A stretch of DNA of 31,463 nt from Candidatus Harrisonbacteria bacterium. GTDB taxonomy: Bacteria; Patescibacteriota; Minisyncoccia; UBA6257; UBA11618. Shown piece by piece: positions 16,459 through 25,267 of this stretch. The stretch covers positions 1 to 31,463 of the forward strand of contig JAHFLM010000001.1 in the NCBI GenBank assembly GCA_023244865.1, written 5' to 3'. The translations under genes were made by a program, and so were the position numbers. The notes beneath the pieces were generated by a model. The model was given only the letters and a program-made list of their open reading frames with translations. It had not been told where the DNA came from and searched no databases. Numbering within the stretch: position 1 is the stretch's first letter; the number at the start of each line of letters is the position of its first letter.

Positions 16459-16553
16459 AATATAAAAAACAAAAAGTCCCCCTTTTGAAGAGTAAGACCG
16501 GGCTAGCACCCTCGGAGCGCTCTTCAAAAGGGGGACTTTTTGTTTTTTATATT
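16459..16553. repeat. perfect 34-bp inverted repeat with a 27-nt spacer, probably a bidirectional terminator
   Basis: 16459-16492 is the exact reverse complement of 16520-16553 and abuts the RF1 stop codon. Confidence 0.8.
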
Positions 16554-17279
16554 TTATTTTTTAAACGCCTCAATTATTTTATCCATATCCCCCTCCATAA
16601 TCTTCGGAATATTGTGCCACTTCTTTTCAATACGGTGGTCAGTGATCCTGTCCTGAGGGAAGTTATAAGTTCTAATTTTTTCAGATCTTTCGCCGTCACC
16701 AATCAATTCACGTCTAATGCCAGAGACTCGATCATGTTCTGCTTGGATTCTTGCCTCAAAAACTTTAGCGCGTAAAATTTCCATCGCCTTATCTTTATTT
16801 CTCGCCTGAGAGCGTTCATTTTGCGAAGCCACCACAACGCCAGTTGGCTTATGGACGATCCTTACCGCTGTTTCCACCTTGTTCACGTTCTGTCCGCCCG
16901 GGCCAGAAGATCTAAAGAAAGAAATCTCCAAATCTCCATTATTAATCGGTACCTCTTCCGCTTTCACGAGCGGCATTATTGCCACCGATGAAGTTGAGGT
17001 GTGGACTCGGCCAGCTCTTTCTGTGTCTGGCACGCGTTGCACTCGATGCACACCCGATTCCTGTTTCAAGTCATCGTAAACATGCTCACCCTCGAGTTCG
17101 GCCGTGATATTTTTATAACCATTAGTTGAAGTCGGGGCGTAGTCTAGGATAGTAAACATCCAAGCTCTTTTTTGAGCATAGCGTTGATACATACGAGCTA
17201 AATCCGCCGCAAAAATCGCCGACTCATCACCACCAGCCCCAGCTCTAATTTCTAAAATTATTTTCTGCCAGTTTTCCAT
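16554..17279 (-). CDS. prfA: peptide chain release factor 1 lacking N-terminal domain 1
   Basis: LEIRAGAGGDE, ESGVHRVQRVPDTE (PxT), GPGGQ and IRTYNFPQDRITDHR motifs; downstream of rpmE. Confidence 0.85.
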   Translation of the reverse strand: MENWQKIILEIRAGAGGDESAIFAADLARMYQRYAQKRAWMFTILDYAPTSTNGYKNITAELEGEHVYDDLKQESGVHRVQRVPDTERAGRVHTSTSSVAIMPLVKAEEVPINNGDLEISFFRSSGPGGQNVNKVETAVRIVHKPTGVVVASQNERSQARNKDKAMEILRAKVFEARIQAEHDRVSGIRRELIGDGERSEKIRTYNFPQDRITDHRIEKKWHNIPKIMEGDMDKIIEAFKK

Positions 17280-17345
17280 AATATTTTCCTTATTACAAAG
17301 GCTCGATTAATTATAACCGAGCCTTTGTCGTTTACACCATTAAGC

Positions 17346-17633
17346 CTACTTATCTTCTTTATTCTTCTTTGCTACCTTAGCCTCTTTTTTCGCTTCTAGC
17401 TTAGCCACTTTAGTTCTAGCTGGCTTGGCTTCTGCCTTAGCTTTTCTAGCTTTGAACTTATCCACCTTACCCATGGCATCGATTAACTTCTCTTTACCGG
17501 TATAAAAAGGATGGCAGCCGGAACAAATTTCCACCTTTAATTCTGGCCTTGTGGAGCCAATCGTAAACTCTCTACCACAAGCACAAGTTACCTTGGCCTG
17601 ATTAAAATATTGAGGATGAATTTCGCTTTTCAT
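17346..17633 (-). CDS. rpmE: 50S ribosomal protein L31 (Zn-binding type) with a Lys-rich tail
   Basis: [22 protein letters not shown] motifs. Confidence 0.95.
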   Translation of the reverse strand: MKSEIHPQYFNQAKVTCACGREFTIGSTRPELKVEICSGCHPFYTGKEKLIDAMGKVDKFKARKAKAEAKPARTKVAKLEAKKEAKVAKKNKEDK

Positions 17634-17644
17634 AATTATCTGTC

Positions 17645-17673
17645 ATTCTACACAGAAACTTGTTTTTTGTCCA
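17645..17673 (-). promoter_or_regulatory. promoter of rpmE-prfA
   Basis: On the minus strand: TGGACA, 17 nt, TAGAAT. Confidence 0.5.
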
Positions 17674-17752
17674 GCTTTTGCTTATTATAGCTGAAGTCGT
17701 TTGATTTTTGAATATTCGAGACTTTTATTAGCTGCCTAGAAAGGAGCCTTTC

Positions 17753-18583
17753 ATGTACCCATTTCTTGATCCTTACCTGAAGTTAATTGAGGAGCGCCTT
17801 CTAAGAAAAGTAGTTCAGTACACTTTAATTGATTTAGAAAAGTTGCTCATTAGTTTAGGCGAAACAGTTGATCGAAAAAAAGTTGGCTTGGCTCGCGCCT
17901 TTTCTAATACGACGACCTTCTTTAGAATTAACGCCCTCCCTAATCAAATGGGGCACATGGAGCGCTTTTATTATTGGCTTTATCTACTTCTGGAATTCGA
18001 TCCGCTTTTGGGTCAATTAAAAGATTTGAGGGGCGACTTCACGATCGATCAGTTTGATCGGGATTCAGAACTTTTCTTAAATGACGACCTCTCGCCTTTA
18101 TTTGGTAGTGCGCCGACCCAACAGGTTTTTCTCCATCAGGTTTTTGAAGCCCTGAGACTGCGTCATTGTGCGCACACTCCACCGCGCGCCTTTTTCAGTA
18201 GCGACATTGCTTTCAATCTCTGTATGCTTTTACGAGATATGGAAATTTTCGCCTCTCTCGTTGAAGCTCCTCTGAAATTAGCCGAATGTAAATCTGAAGA
18301 GTGCAAAATGATCTCGCCTAACTTTATTTTGGCTGATTTCCAAGCCTTTGTACCATTAACGAACGCTCACTTTCAAAACAGAGAAACTCTCGCTTTGATT
18401 TACCTGAGCCAAATCTTCAATGTCTTCTACCATCAAAGCCTTTTCTCAATCGCCGATTTCAACCTTCCGCAAAATCTTTTAGCTTATCTAAGGAAGCAGT
18501 TAGAGGATTCTCCCGACTGGCCAATCATTCACGCCACCATGGTAAAATTCTCCACTCTGTCTCAAGTCTTTTTCCTTTCCTAA
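17753..18583 (+). CDS. hypothetical protein (276 aa)
   Basis: AAAGGAG RBS; Leu/Phe-rich helical sequence; followed by a hairpin (aaacctcc/ggaggttg). Confidence 0.7.
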   Translation: MYPFLDPYLKLIEERLLRKVVQYTLIDLEKLLISLGETVDRKKVGLARAFSNTTTFFRINALPNQMGHMERFYYWLYLLLEFDPLLGQLKDLRGDFTIDQFDRDSELFLNDDLSPLFGSAPTQQVFLHQVFEALRLRHCAHTPPRAFFSSDIAFNLCMLLRDMEIFASLVEAPLKLAECKSEECKMISPNFILADFQAFVPLTNAHFQNRETLALIYLSQIFNVFYHQSLFSIADFNLPQNLLAYLRKQLEDSPDWPIIHATMVKFSTLSQVFFLS

Positions 18584-18711
18584 TCGAAACCTCCTATTTG
18601 GAGGTTGTTTCTTCGCCACGCCGTAGCCTTAGCGAAGGCGGGTAACTATTTTAAATATTTAAAATTCACACTCTTCTCCGTGTATTTGTCTTTTCCTAAA
18701 CTTGTTCTAAA

Positions 18712-19254
18712 ATGAAACCAATGAGAGAGTTTTTCTACAGCATGTGGCAGATCGTCGAGATCGTGATCATCGCAGCCGCCACTGTTTTTTTAATTCGCGC
18801 TTTCATCGTGCAGCCCTTTCTCGTGAGTGGTTCCTCAATGTTTTCTACTTATGTAGATGGCGATTATGTTTTAGTGGATGAACTCACTTACAAATTCAAA
18901 GAGCCTAGCAGGGGAGACGTGATAGTTTTCCGCTACCCCCTAAAGCCCTCAGTTTTCTACATTAAAAGAGTCATGGGCTTGCCCAGTGACCACGTGGTGG
19001 TTAAGGGCGGCCAAGTTTACATTAATGATAAGCAGGTAGAGGAAACCTATCTAGACAAAGGGATTACGAGCAATGGCGACCTAGATATTGTGGTTAAGCC
19101 CGGTGAACTCTACGCTTTTGGAGATAATCGACCCCATAGCTACGATTCTCGGTTCTTTGGCCCAGTTCCATTTGACAATCTCATAGGATTAGTTAATTTA
19201 AGGTTATTACCTGTAGAAAGAGCTGAAATCATCAGGCGCCCAATCTACAATTAA
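18712..19254 (+). CDS. lepB: signal peptidase I
   Basis: Transmembrane segment, then GSSM (catalytic Ser), YIKRV (catalytic Lys) and GDNR.HSYDSR. The start could be 18721. Confidence 0.92.
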   Translation: MKPMREFFYSMWQIVEIVIIAAATVFLIRAFIVQPFLVSGSSMFSTYVDGDYVLVDELTYKFKEPSRGDVIVFRYPLKPSVFYIKRVMGLPSDHVVVKGGQVYINDKQVEETYLDKGITSNGDLDIVVKPGELYAFGDNRPHSYDSRFFGPVPFDNLIGLVNLRLLPVERAEIIRRPIYN

Positions 19255-19261
19255 ATTCTTT

Positions 19262-20602
19262 ATGAATAAAGCTATTAAAAAAGCCCCTGCCAAGAAGGAG
19301 GAGGCTGAAACAACAGCTGCTAAGCCAGCCAAAAGAGCCAGAAAGCCGGGCAAGTTTACCTTTCAGAGCGTCAAGGGCATGCACGATATTTTGCCAGTTG
19401 ATCAGGTTTTTTGGGATAAAATTAGGAAGGAGGTTTTGAATATCTCCGATTATTATGGCTTTGAGCGGATCGACACTCCCGCCATTGAAAACGCCGCTGT
19501 TTTTGAAAAAGGCGTAGGTGCTGCCACCGACATTGTCGAAAAAGAAATGTTCTATATAAAAAGCGATGATAAGCTAGTTTTGCGTCCAGAATGCACTGCT
19601 TCGGTGGTGAGAGCTTATCTCGAACACGGCATGACGCACTTACCTCAGCCCGTGAAGCTTTATTACTTCGGCCCCATGTATCGTCATGAGCAGCCTCAAG
19701 AAGGTCGCTTCCGAGAATTTCACCAAGTAGGTTTCGAAATTTTAGGTTCTGAAAGCGATCCTATTTATGACGCTCAAGTGATTTTAGCCTGCTATCGTTT
19801 GCTCGAAGCCTGCAAACTTTCAAAGTTAGAAATTCACGTTAACACTATCGGTTGCCGCGTTTGCCGGCCGGTTTTCCGCCGCCGTTTATTGGAATACTAT
19901 AAAAACAAACCAATCTGCAAAGATTGCCGCCGCCGCATTGTTACCAACCCCCTTCGTTTATTAGATTGCAAAGAAGAGAAGTGTGAAAAGTTCAAAAAAG
20001 ATGCGCCAACGATTTTGGATTCCACCTGCAACAACTGCAACACTCACTTTAAGTCCGTCGTGGAATATTTAGACGAGTTAAAGATCCCTTATATTTTAGA
20101 TAACAATTTAGTAAGAGGTTTAGATTACTACAGCCGCACTACTTTCGAAATTTTTGAAACCGGCTCCAAGCTCGCTTTGGCTGGTGGTGGTCGCTACGAT
20201 TACTTAGTGGAAATTTTAGGTGGCAAGGTCACTCCAGCCGTCGGCGCCGCGCTCGGCGTTGAGCGTATTGTGAGTTTGATGCAAGAACGTAATCCAGAAA
20301 TGGGCAGGAAGAGTAAGGTGGATGTTTTCTTAGTCCACATCGGCAGCTTAGCTAAAAAGAAATCTTTAGTTTTAATCGAAGAATTACGTAAGGGCGGAAT
20401 TCGTGTGCGCGAAGCGCTTGGTAAAGATTCCATGAAGAGTCAGCTCCGCCAAGCCGACAAAGAAAATGTAACTTTAGCTTTAATTTATGGTCAGAAAGAA
20501 GCTTTTGAAGACACGATTATCATCCGTGATTTAGCTAACAGCTCTCAAGAAACCGTGCCACTAGAAAAGCTTGTCGCTGAAGTGAAGCGTCGTTTGAAGT
20601 AA
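19262..20602 (+). CDS. hisS: histidyl-tRNA synthetase
   Basis: KGMHD, LRPE.TA, RHEQPQEGRFREFHQ, LVRGLDYY and GGGRYD motifs. Confidence 0.96.
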   Translation: MNKAIKKAPAKKEEAETTAAKPAKRARKPGKFTFQSVKGMHDILPVDQVFWDKIRKEVLNISDYYGFERIDTPAIENAAVFEKGVGAATDIVEKEMFYIKSDDKLVLRPECTASVVRAYLEHGMTHLPQPVKLYYFGPMYRHEQPQEGRFREFHQVGFEILGSESDPIYDAQVILACYRLLEACKLSKLEIHVNTIGCRVCRPVFRRRLLEYYKNKPICKDCRRRIVTNPLRLLDCKEEKCEKFKKDAPTILDSTCNNCNTHFKSVVEYLDELKIPYILDNNLVRGLDYYSRTTFEIFETGSKLALAGGGRYDYLVEILGGKVTPAVGAALGVERIVSLMQERNPEMGRKSKVDVFLVHIGSLAKKKSLVLIEELRKGGIRVREALGKDSMKSQLRQADKENVTLALIYGQKEAFEDTIIIRDLANSSQETVPLEKLVAEVKRRLK

Positions 20603-21015
20603 TGGAGAATTGCCTTTTCTGTAAAATCGCTAGTCATGAACTTAAGGCCAATTTCATCTATGAAGATGATAATGTCATGGCGATCTTAGATATTCATCCG
20701 TCTGCAACTGGTCACACTATGGTGATCCCGAAAGTGCACGCAAAAAACATGCTAGAGATTGAAGATTCCGCCATTCCCGAACTTTTTGCCACAGTAAAAA
20801 AAGTCCTACATCTTCTGAAAGATTCCCTTAACCCCAACGGCTTTACTATAGGAATCAATCATGGTAAGATCAGCGGACAGGAAATTGATCACCTGCATAT
20901 TCATCTCATTCCGCGCTACGAAGGGGATCGAGGCAACTCGGTGCAATCAGTGGTCAACTTTTCTGCAGAAGACAGGCTTAATGGTTTAAAGAAACTTATT
21001 TTAAAAAATAATTAA
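20602..21015 (+). CDS. HIT family hydrolase
   Basis: N-terminal CLFCKI, GHTMVIPK and the HLHIHLIPR triad. Confidence 0.92.
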   Translation: MENCLFCKIASHELKANFIYEDDNVMAILDIHPSATGHTMVIPKVHAKNMLEIEDSAIPELFATVKKVLHLLKDSLNPNGFTIGINHGKISGQEIDHLHIHLIPRYEGDRGNSVQSVVNFSAEDRLNGLKKLILKNN

Positions 21016-21021
21016 TTAAAA

Positions 21022-21234
21022 ATGATTGATATCAAGAAAAAAGACGGCGAAACTCCAGCCTCTTTCATTTATCGTTTTACTAAAAAGGTGCAGCACAGCG
21101 GCGTTTTAAAGGAAAGTAAAAAGCGCCGATTTTATGAACGCCCAGCTAATAAGCGAAAGCGTCGTCTTTCTGCTCTCCATAGAGAGGTTAAAAAAGAAGA
21201 GACTAAACAAAACAAAAAGTTAGGTATATTTTAG
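21022..21234 (+). CDS. rpsU: 30S ribosomal protein S21
   Basis: RF.KKV..SG.L.E.KKRRFYERP motif; sits upstream of YqeY as usual. Confidence 0.88.
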   Translation: MIDIKKKDGETPASFIYRFTKKVQHSGVLKESKKRRFYERPANKRKRRLSALHREVKKEETKQNKKLGIF

Positions 21235-21323
21235 AAATTAAAAATTTCTAACCCTGCAGAGCCTTGGCGAAGCAGGGCTTTTTGTTTATTATTAGACAAT
21301 ATTCACATCTAAATATTTAAATT

Positions 21324-21770
21324 ATGTTAAAAGAAAAATTAATGGAGGACTTGAAGGGGGCGATGAAAGCCGGTGATCAATTTAAGGTTGAAGTAATCCG
21401 TGGCACCATGGCCGGAATTCAATCAAAAGCAATCGAAAATCGAGGCGCTGGTTTAAACGATGTTTTAACCGACCCTGAAATCGAAGACGTTTTAAGAAAA
21501 GAAGTTAAAAAAAGAAAAGACTCCGCTACTATGTTCCAAACCGGTGGCCGAGCCGACTTAGCCGAAAAAGAATTAAAAGAAATCGAAGTTCTCACCGTCT
21601 ATCTTCCAAAGGAGTTAGACGCCGCCGAATTAGAGGTAAAAGTTAAGGCGATCGTTGAAGCCACCGCCTCCAAAGACTTCCCAACCGTCATCAAAGAAGT
21701 CATGGCCCAACTAAAAGGCCAAGCCGACGGCAAAACCATCTCGGAATTAGTTAAAAAACTTTTAGCCTAA
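21324..21770 (+). CDS. GatB/YqeY domain protein
   Basis: L..AMKAGD, KKRKDSA.MF..GGR.DLAEKE motifs. Confidence 0.9.
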   Translation: MLKEKLMEDLKGAMKAGDQFKVEVIRGTMAGIQSKAIENRGAGLNDVLTDPEIEDVLRKEVKKRKDSATMFQTGGRADLAEKELKEIEVLTVYLPKELDAAELEVKVKAIVEATASKDFPTVIKEVMAQLKGQADGKTISELVKKLLA

Positions 21771-21789
21771 TCGCCCATAAACGCTCAAC

Positions 21790-21855
21790 TGTCATTCAGA
21801 GCCCAATTCCGTTTGATTCCCCAAAGAATCAATTCGGAATTGAGGCGTGGAATCT
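21790..21855 (+). repeat. family A palindromic repeat
   Basis: Near-identical to 7531-7596. Confidence 0.8.
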
Positions 21856-21943
21856 ATTCAATATTTAAAAATTAATCACAAAACTCCCGTGGTTTATCCT
21901 GAGCATGGTCGAAGGGCAATCTAATCCATACCAAGAACGATTC

Positions 21944-22387
21944 ATGAAAATTCTTTTTATTTGTAGGGGAAATGTTGGGCGTAGTCAGATGGCTGAGGCC
22001 ATGTTTAATAATCGAGCAAGTGATGAATTTCAAGCATTTTCAGCCGGAACATGGGTAAAAAATAAAAGTGGAGAAAGTATGCATGGTAGAAAAATCAACG
22101 AGCTTGATTCTGCTAAGGAGGTTATTAACTCTATAAGTGAAATCGGCATTGATATAGCTGATAATGAAAGAACTCAGCTTGATCCAAAGATGGTTGAAGA
22201 CGCTGATCTAGTTATTGTGATGGCGGAAAAGCATACCCTTCCAGATTATTTGGAAGGCCAAGCCAAAGCTAGATATTGGGAGGTTTTAGATCCTAAGGAT
22301 ATGGATCAAGAATCTACTAACGAGATTCGTAATCAGATCAGTGGCCTAGTTGATGAGTTGATTAGTGAGCTTGGTGCTAAAAAATAG
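21944..22387 (+). CDS. low-molecular-weight protein-tyrosine phosphatase / ArsC superfamily protein
   Basis: KILFICRGNVGRSQMAE (CX5R) and a DP motif. There is only one Cys, so it lacks the resolving Cys pair of thioredoxin-type ArsC. Confidence 0.85.
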   Translation: MKILFICRGNVGRSQMAEAMFNNRASDEFQAFSAGTWVKNKSGESMHGRKINELDSAKEVINSISEIGIDIADNERTQLDPKMVEDADLVIVMAEKHTLPDYLEGQAKARYWEVLDPKDMDQESTNEIRNQISGLVDELISELGAKK

Positions 22388-22453
22388 GATACTTAGGTAT
22401 TTATTCTATTCCCCACTTTTTCTTCCGCATTTTTTAAGCTAAACTATCATTAA

Positions 22454-22831
22454 ATGAAAACCCTGATTCTTTATGAAGAGGATGACTTTTCGCACGAAGC
22501 TGATTTAGCTCAAAAAATCTTAGATCAGCTAAGCCCTATCCTTCATTTAGAAAATAAATTTATAGAGGTCAACTTAGTCGGGGACGAGACGATGAAAACC
22601 AACGTTCATTCTTACGAGGCTAGGAGTGGCGTGCCCCGACCTGATATTTACCCTGCCATAAATCTTGGCGAGGTTTATTTAAACCCCAAACAAATCAAAG
22701 AAAGAGGCGAGGATTTTTCTTTTATGTTGATTCACGGCCTTCTCCATCTTTTAGGCTATGATCACTTAAAAGATGATGATAGAATTAAAATGGAAAGACA
22801 GGAGCAATTCCTTCTGTCGCAGCTTTCATGA
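22454..22831 (+). CDS. ybeY: rRNA maturation RNase YbeY (short)
   Basis: HGLLHLLGYDH motif and LGEVYL. Confidence 0.88.
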   Translation: MKTLILYEEDDFSHEADLAQKILDQLSPILHLENKFIEVNLVGDETMKTNVHSYEARSGVPRPDIYPAINLGEVYLNPKQIKERGEDFSFMLIHGLLHLLGYDHLKDDDRIKMERQEQFLLSQLS

Positions 22832-24066
22832 CTAATAATTCCGAATATTTAATTGGTTTAGATATCGGCTGCTCTTCGATTAAAGCGGTCGTAGGCGAGC
22901 TCGGCCGAGATGGTCGGGTTACTTTAGTTAAAGCGATTAAAAGCCCTATGCGAGGCATGAGGCGGGGGATGATTGATGATGCGAAGGAGGCAGCTGGAGC
23001 TGTTAATATTTTTCTTAGCTCTATTCGGCGTGATTTTCCTTTAAGCCTAAAAAATATTTATTTAAATACTGGCACTGCCCAAGCTCGTGGGGTTATGTCT
23101 CGCGGCATTGTTGCTGTTTCTCGTGCCGACGATGAGGTTAGCCACTATGACACCGTAGAAGTCGTGCGTGCTTCCCAAGAAATTAAATTACCCTCAAACA
23201 GAATGGTAATTCACGCCGTCACGCGCGAATATATCGTCGACGAAGTCTCTGGCATCAAAGATCCAGTCGGTATGATCGGCAAAAGACTCGAAGCGAACGT
23301 GATGTTGATCGATGTTTTCTCCCCTGCTATTAAAAGTTTAGAAAAAGTTATTAAAGATAACGGCGGCGAAATTAAGGGCATGGTTTTCGGTCCCTTGGCT
23401 TGCAGCCGTTCGGTTTTAAATAAAAATCAAAAAGAATTAGGGGTCGCTTTAATCGATATCGGTTTTTCTACCACCAGCCTCGCCGTTTTTGAAGATGGTA
23501 GCTTACTCCACACCGCGGTTTTTCCCTTTGGTTCGTCGCATATCACTAATGACTTAGCTGTTGGCTTAAAAATCTCGCCCGAAGCCGCCGAAGCAATTAA
23601 GTTTTCTTTCGGTGCCGCCTTGGCGAAAGAAATGCCACCACGCGAAATGATCGACTTAAAAAAGATTGATAGTCGGGCCAAGGGTAGTGTGACTCGCCGT
23701 TTCGTTGCCGAAATCATAGAGGCTCGCCTCGTCGAAATGTTTCAAGTAATTGGCGAAGACCTAAGGCGTATTAACCGCTTCGGCAAACTCCCTGCCGGCA
23801 TCGTTTTGGTTGGTGGCGGCTCTAAGCTTCCTAATATTTGCGATTTAGTAAAGCAAGAACTGCACTTAGCTGCTGACTTAGGCTCGGCTGATCTCTCCTT
23901 AACTAATTTAAGAGACAACAATCTTTCAATCGAAGCAGACGATCCCGAATGGACCGCCGCTCTAGGTTTGGTTTTCCTAGGCCACGACTCAAGGAGTGAT
24001 GACACCGCCTACAAAAAAGAACTCCCCGCCTTTTTCAAAAAACTCTGGGGTTATTTCAAACCATAA
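22828..24066 (+). CDS. ftsA: cell division protein FtsA
   Basis: IGLDIG.SSIK, LIDIG..TTS, G.SHIT.D.A and VLVGGGS.L motifs. Confidence 0.93.
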   Translation: MTNNSEYLIGLDIGCSSIKAVVGELGRDGRVTLVKAIKSPMRGMRRGMIDDAKEAAGAVNIFLSSIRRDFPLSLKNIYLNTGTAQARGVMSRGIVAVSRADDEVSHYDTVEVVRASQEIKLPSNRMVIHAVTREYIVDEVSGIKDPVGMIGKRLEANVMLIDVFSPAIKSLEKVIKDNGGEIKGMVFGPLACSRSVLNKNQKELGVALIDIGFSTTSLAVFEDGSLLHTAVFPFGSSHITNDLAVGLKISPEAAEAIKFSFGAALAKEMPPREMIDLKKIDSRAKGSVTRRFVAEIIEARLVEMFQVIGEDLRRINRFGKLPAGIVLVGGGSKLPNICDLVKQELHLAADLGSADLSLTNLRDNNLSIEADDPEWTAALGLVFLGHDSRSDDTAYKKELPAFFKKLWGYFKP

Positions 24067-24203
24067 AAAACAAGACACGAGTCACATATCACGAGACATA
24101 AAAAACTCCCCTCCTTTACTGAGGAGGGGTAGGGGGAGGTGGACATTAAAAAAACAAAAAACCCGCGTTTCCACGCGGGCTTGTTTTTACGTTCACGATT
24201 TGT

Positions 24204-24548
24204 TCAGATTTCCACAATCTCCATGCTCTCCGTCGCTAGCAACATGTGGCTAGCGATCGAATTGAAATCGCGGCCGTTGAAGGCACTGAGAGCGATCTGA
24301 AGTTGGGGATCTAGGAGATTCTCCGCAAACTCCGGAAGGTTCCACGTCTGATTTTGCAAAGTACGGAGAGCTAACTGTAGATTCGCCTCTGTGTCGGAGA
24401 GGGTAAATACCCTGTTACCTTCATGCTCTAGAGCTCTTTGTGGATTGTCATCCTCTGGTCCGAGAATGATTCCGAAAAGAATTGAGAGCACGCGGCCACT
24501 CCATGCAAGCGGTGAACCAATATCAATTCGAAGTACCTTTTTACCCAA
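24204..24548 (-). CDS. hypothetical protein
   Basis: TTG at 24548 behind GGAGG is the likely start; terminator-like hairpin at about 24150-24188. Confidence 0.6.
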   Translation of the reverse strand: MGKKVLRIDIGSPLAWSGRVLSILFGIILGPEDDNPQRALEHEGNRVFTLSDTEANLQLALRTLQNQTWNLPEFAENLLDPQLQIALSAFNGRDFNSIASHMLLATESMEIVEI

Positions 24549-24588
24549 GATTATTCCCTCCATCAAACAGGGTTGGTGTGTTAGGAGA

Positions 24589-24615
24589 TTTGAGCCTACT
24601 ACATTTCAGCTCAAA
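24589..24615 (-). promoter_or_regulatory. conserved leader hairpin, copy 1
   Basis: Minus strand: TTTGAGC-TGAAATGTAGTAG-GCTCAAA. Confidence 0.6.
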
Positions 24616-24616
24616 C

Positions 24617-24868
24617 TTATTGTGTAGAGCGGGGTGGGGGGGCGCATTCATGTACATACCCCTCTTGGCGATAGACAATGATCGCTTCGGACATAAACGT
24701 TTCATGTTGTCGCATCTTGTAATAGCTTGTTGGTACAACGCTAACAACAACCCCGTGACCCCGTTCAATCTCCGAAATGGCAGCTTTGAGCGCTTCTTCA
24801 ATTTGCTCTTGTTCTCCGCCATCCTCTTTCAAATTAATAGGCACTCTTTTCGTCAGTACTCCAGACAT
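24617..24868 (-). CDS. hypothetical protein (~83 aa)
   Basis: ATG at 24868 behind GGGAGG; promoter TTGACT, 18 nt, TATTAT at 24966-24937. Confidence 0.65.
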   Translation of the reverse strand: MSGVLTKRVPINLKEDGGEQEQIEEALKAAISEIERGHGVVVSVVPTSYYKMRQHETFMSEAIIVYRQEGYVHECAPPPRSTQ

Positions 24869-24905
24869 GATTTCCTCCCAATCTTCATTCAAAGTTCTAG
24901 AATTC

Positions 24906-24926
24906 AGGCCTACTTCACTTCAGCCC
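24906..24926 (-). promoter_or_regulatory. conserved leader hairpin, copy 2
   Basis: Minus strand: GGGC-TGAAGTGAAGTAG-GCCT. Confidence 0.55.
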
Positions 24927-25026
24927 CTCGTTTCATATAATAACACAAATATATAATAAAAGTCAATATAAATGAAAATATCAAAAAACCCACGTGAAAA
25001 CGTGGGTTTTAACTTGTTGAAAAAGT

Positions 25027-25194
25027 TCACCAATATCTTATCACCAAGGCAGCCAGAAAGTAGAGTGCAGTCTGTACTTGCATGGGCCACTTAACATCTT
25101 TGCTATTTTGGGCGCCTAACACGATGAATCCCATAAAGAACAAATGAACCAAGGCGATCACAAGAAGTGTAAAAGATAGGATATTCTGAAACAT
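25027..25194 (-). CDS. small two-transmembrane hypothetical protein (55 aa)
   Basis: ATG at 25194 behind AGAGGG; two hydrophobic segments; promoter TTGACA, 17 nt, CATAGT at 25302-25274. Confidence 0.6.
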   Translation of the reverse strand: MFQNILSFTLLVIALVHLFFMGFIVLGAQNSKDVKWPMQVQTALYFLAALVIRYW

Positions 25195-25240
25195 ATTAGC
25201 CCTCTTAACCCTAGTTTTATTAACCCTCAAGGTCTTATGG

Positions 25241-25267
25241 CGCGGCCTACTACATTTCAGCCTTGCG
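25241..25267 (-). promoter_or_regulatory. conserved leader hairpin, copy 3
   Basis: Minus strand: CGC-AA-GGC-TGAAATGTAGTAG-GCC-GCG. Confidence 0.6.

Noticed and set aside
16554-17279. PrfH or ArfB instead of RF1
   Set aside because: It has the RF1 PxT motif, the full domain 2/4 sequence and rpmE linkage; no adjacent rtcB.
6544-21943. N-terminal extensions in the ORF track (6544, 8590, 9732, 10402, 12351, 21905; also 4020 and 5330)
   Set aside because: They run through repeats, promoters or upstream genes. Downstream starts fit RBS/-10 placement and family N-termini better.
22828-24206. Alternative genetic code (TGA read as Gly, as in Gracilibacteria/Absconditabacteria)
   Set aside because: ybeY ends at TGA overlapping the ftsA ATG, and conserved genes have no in-frame TGA.
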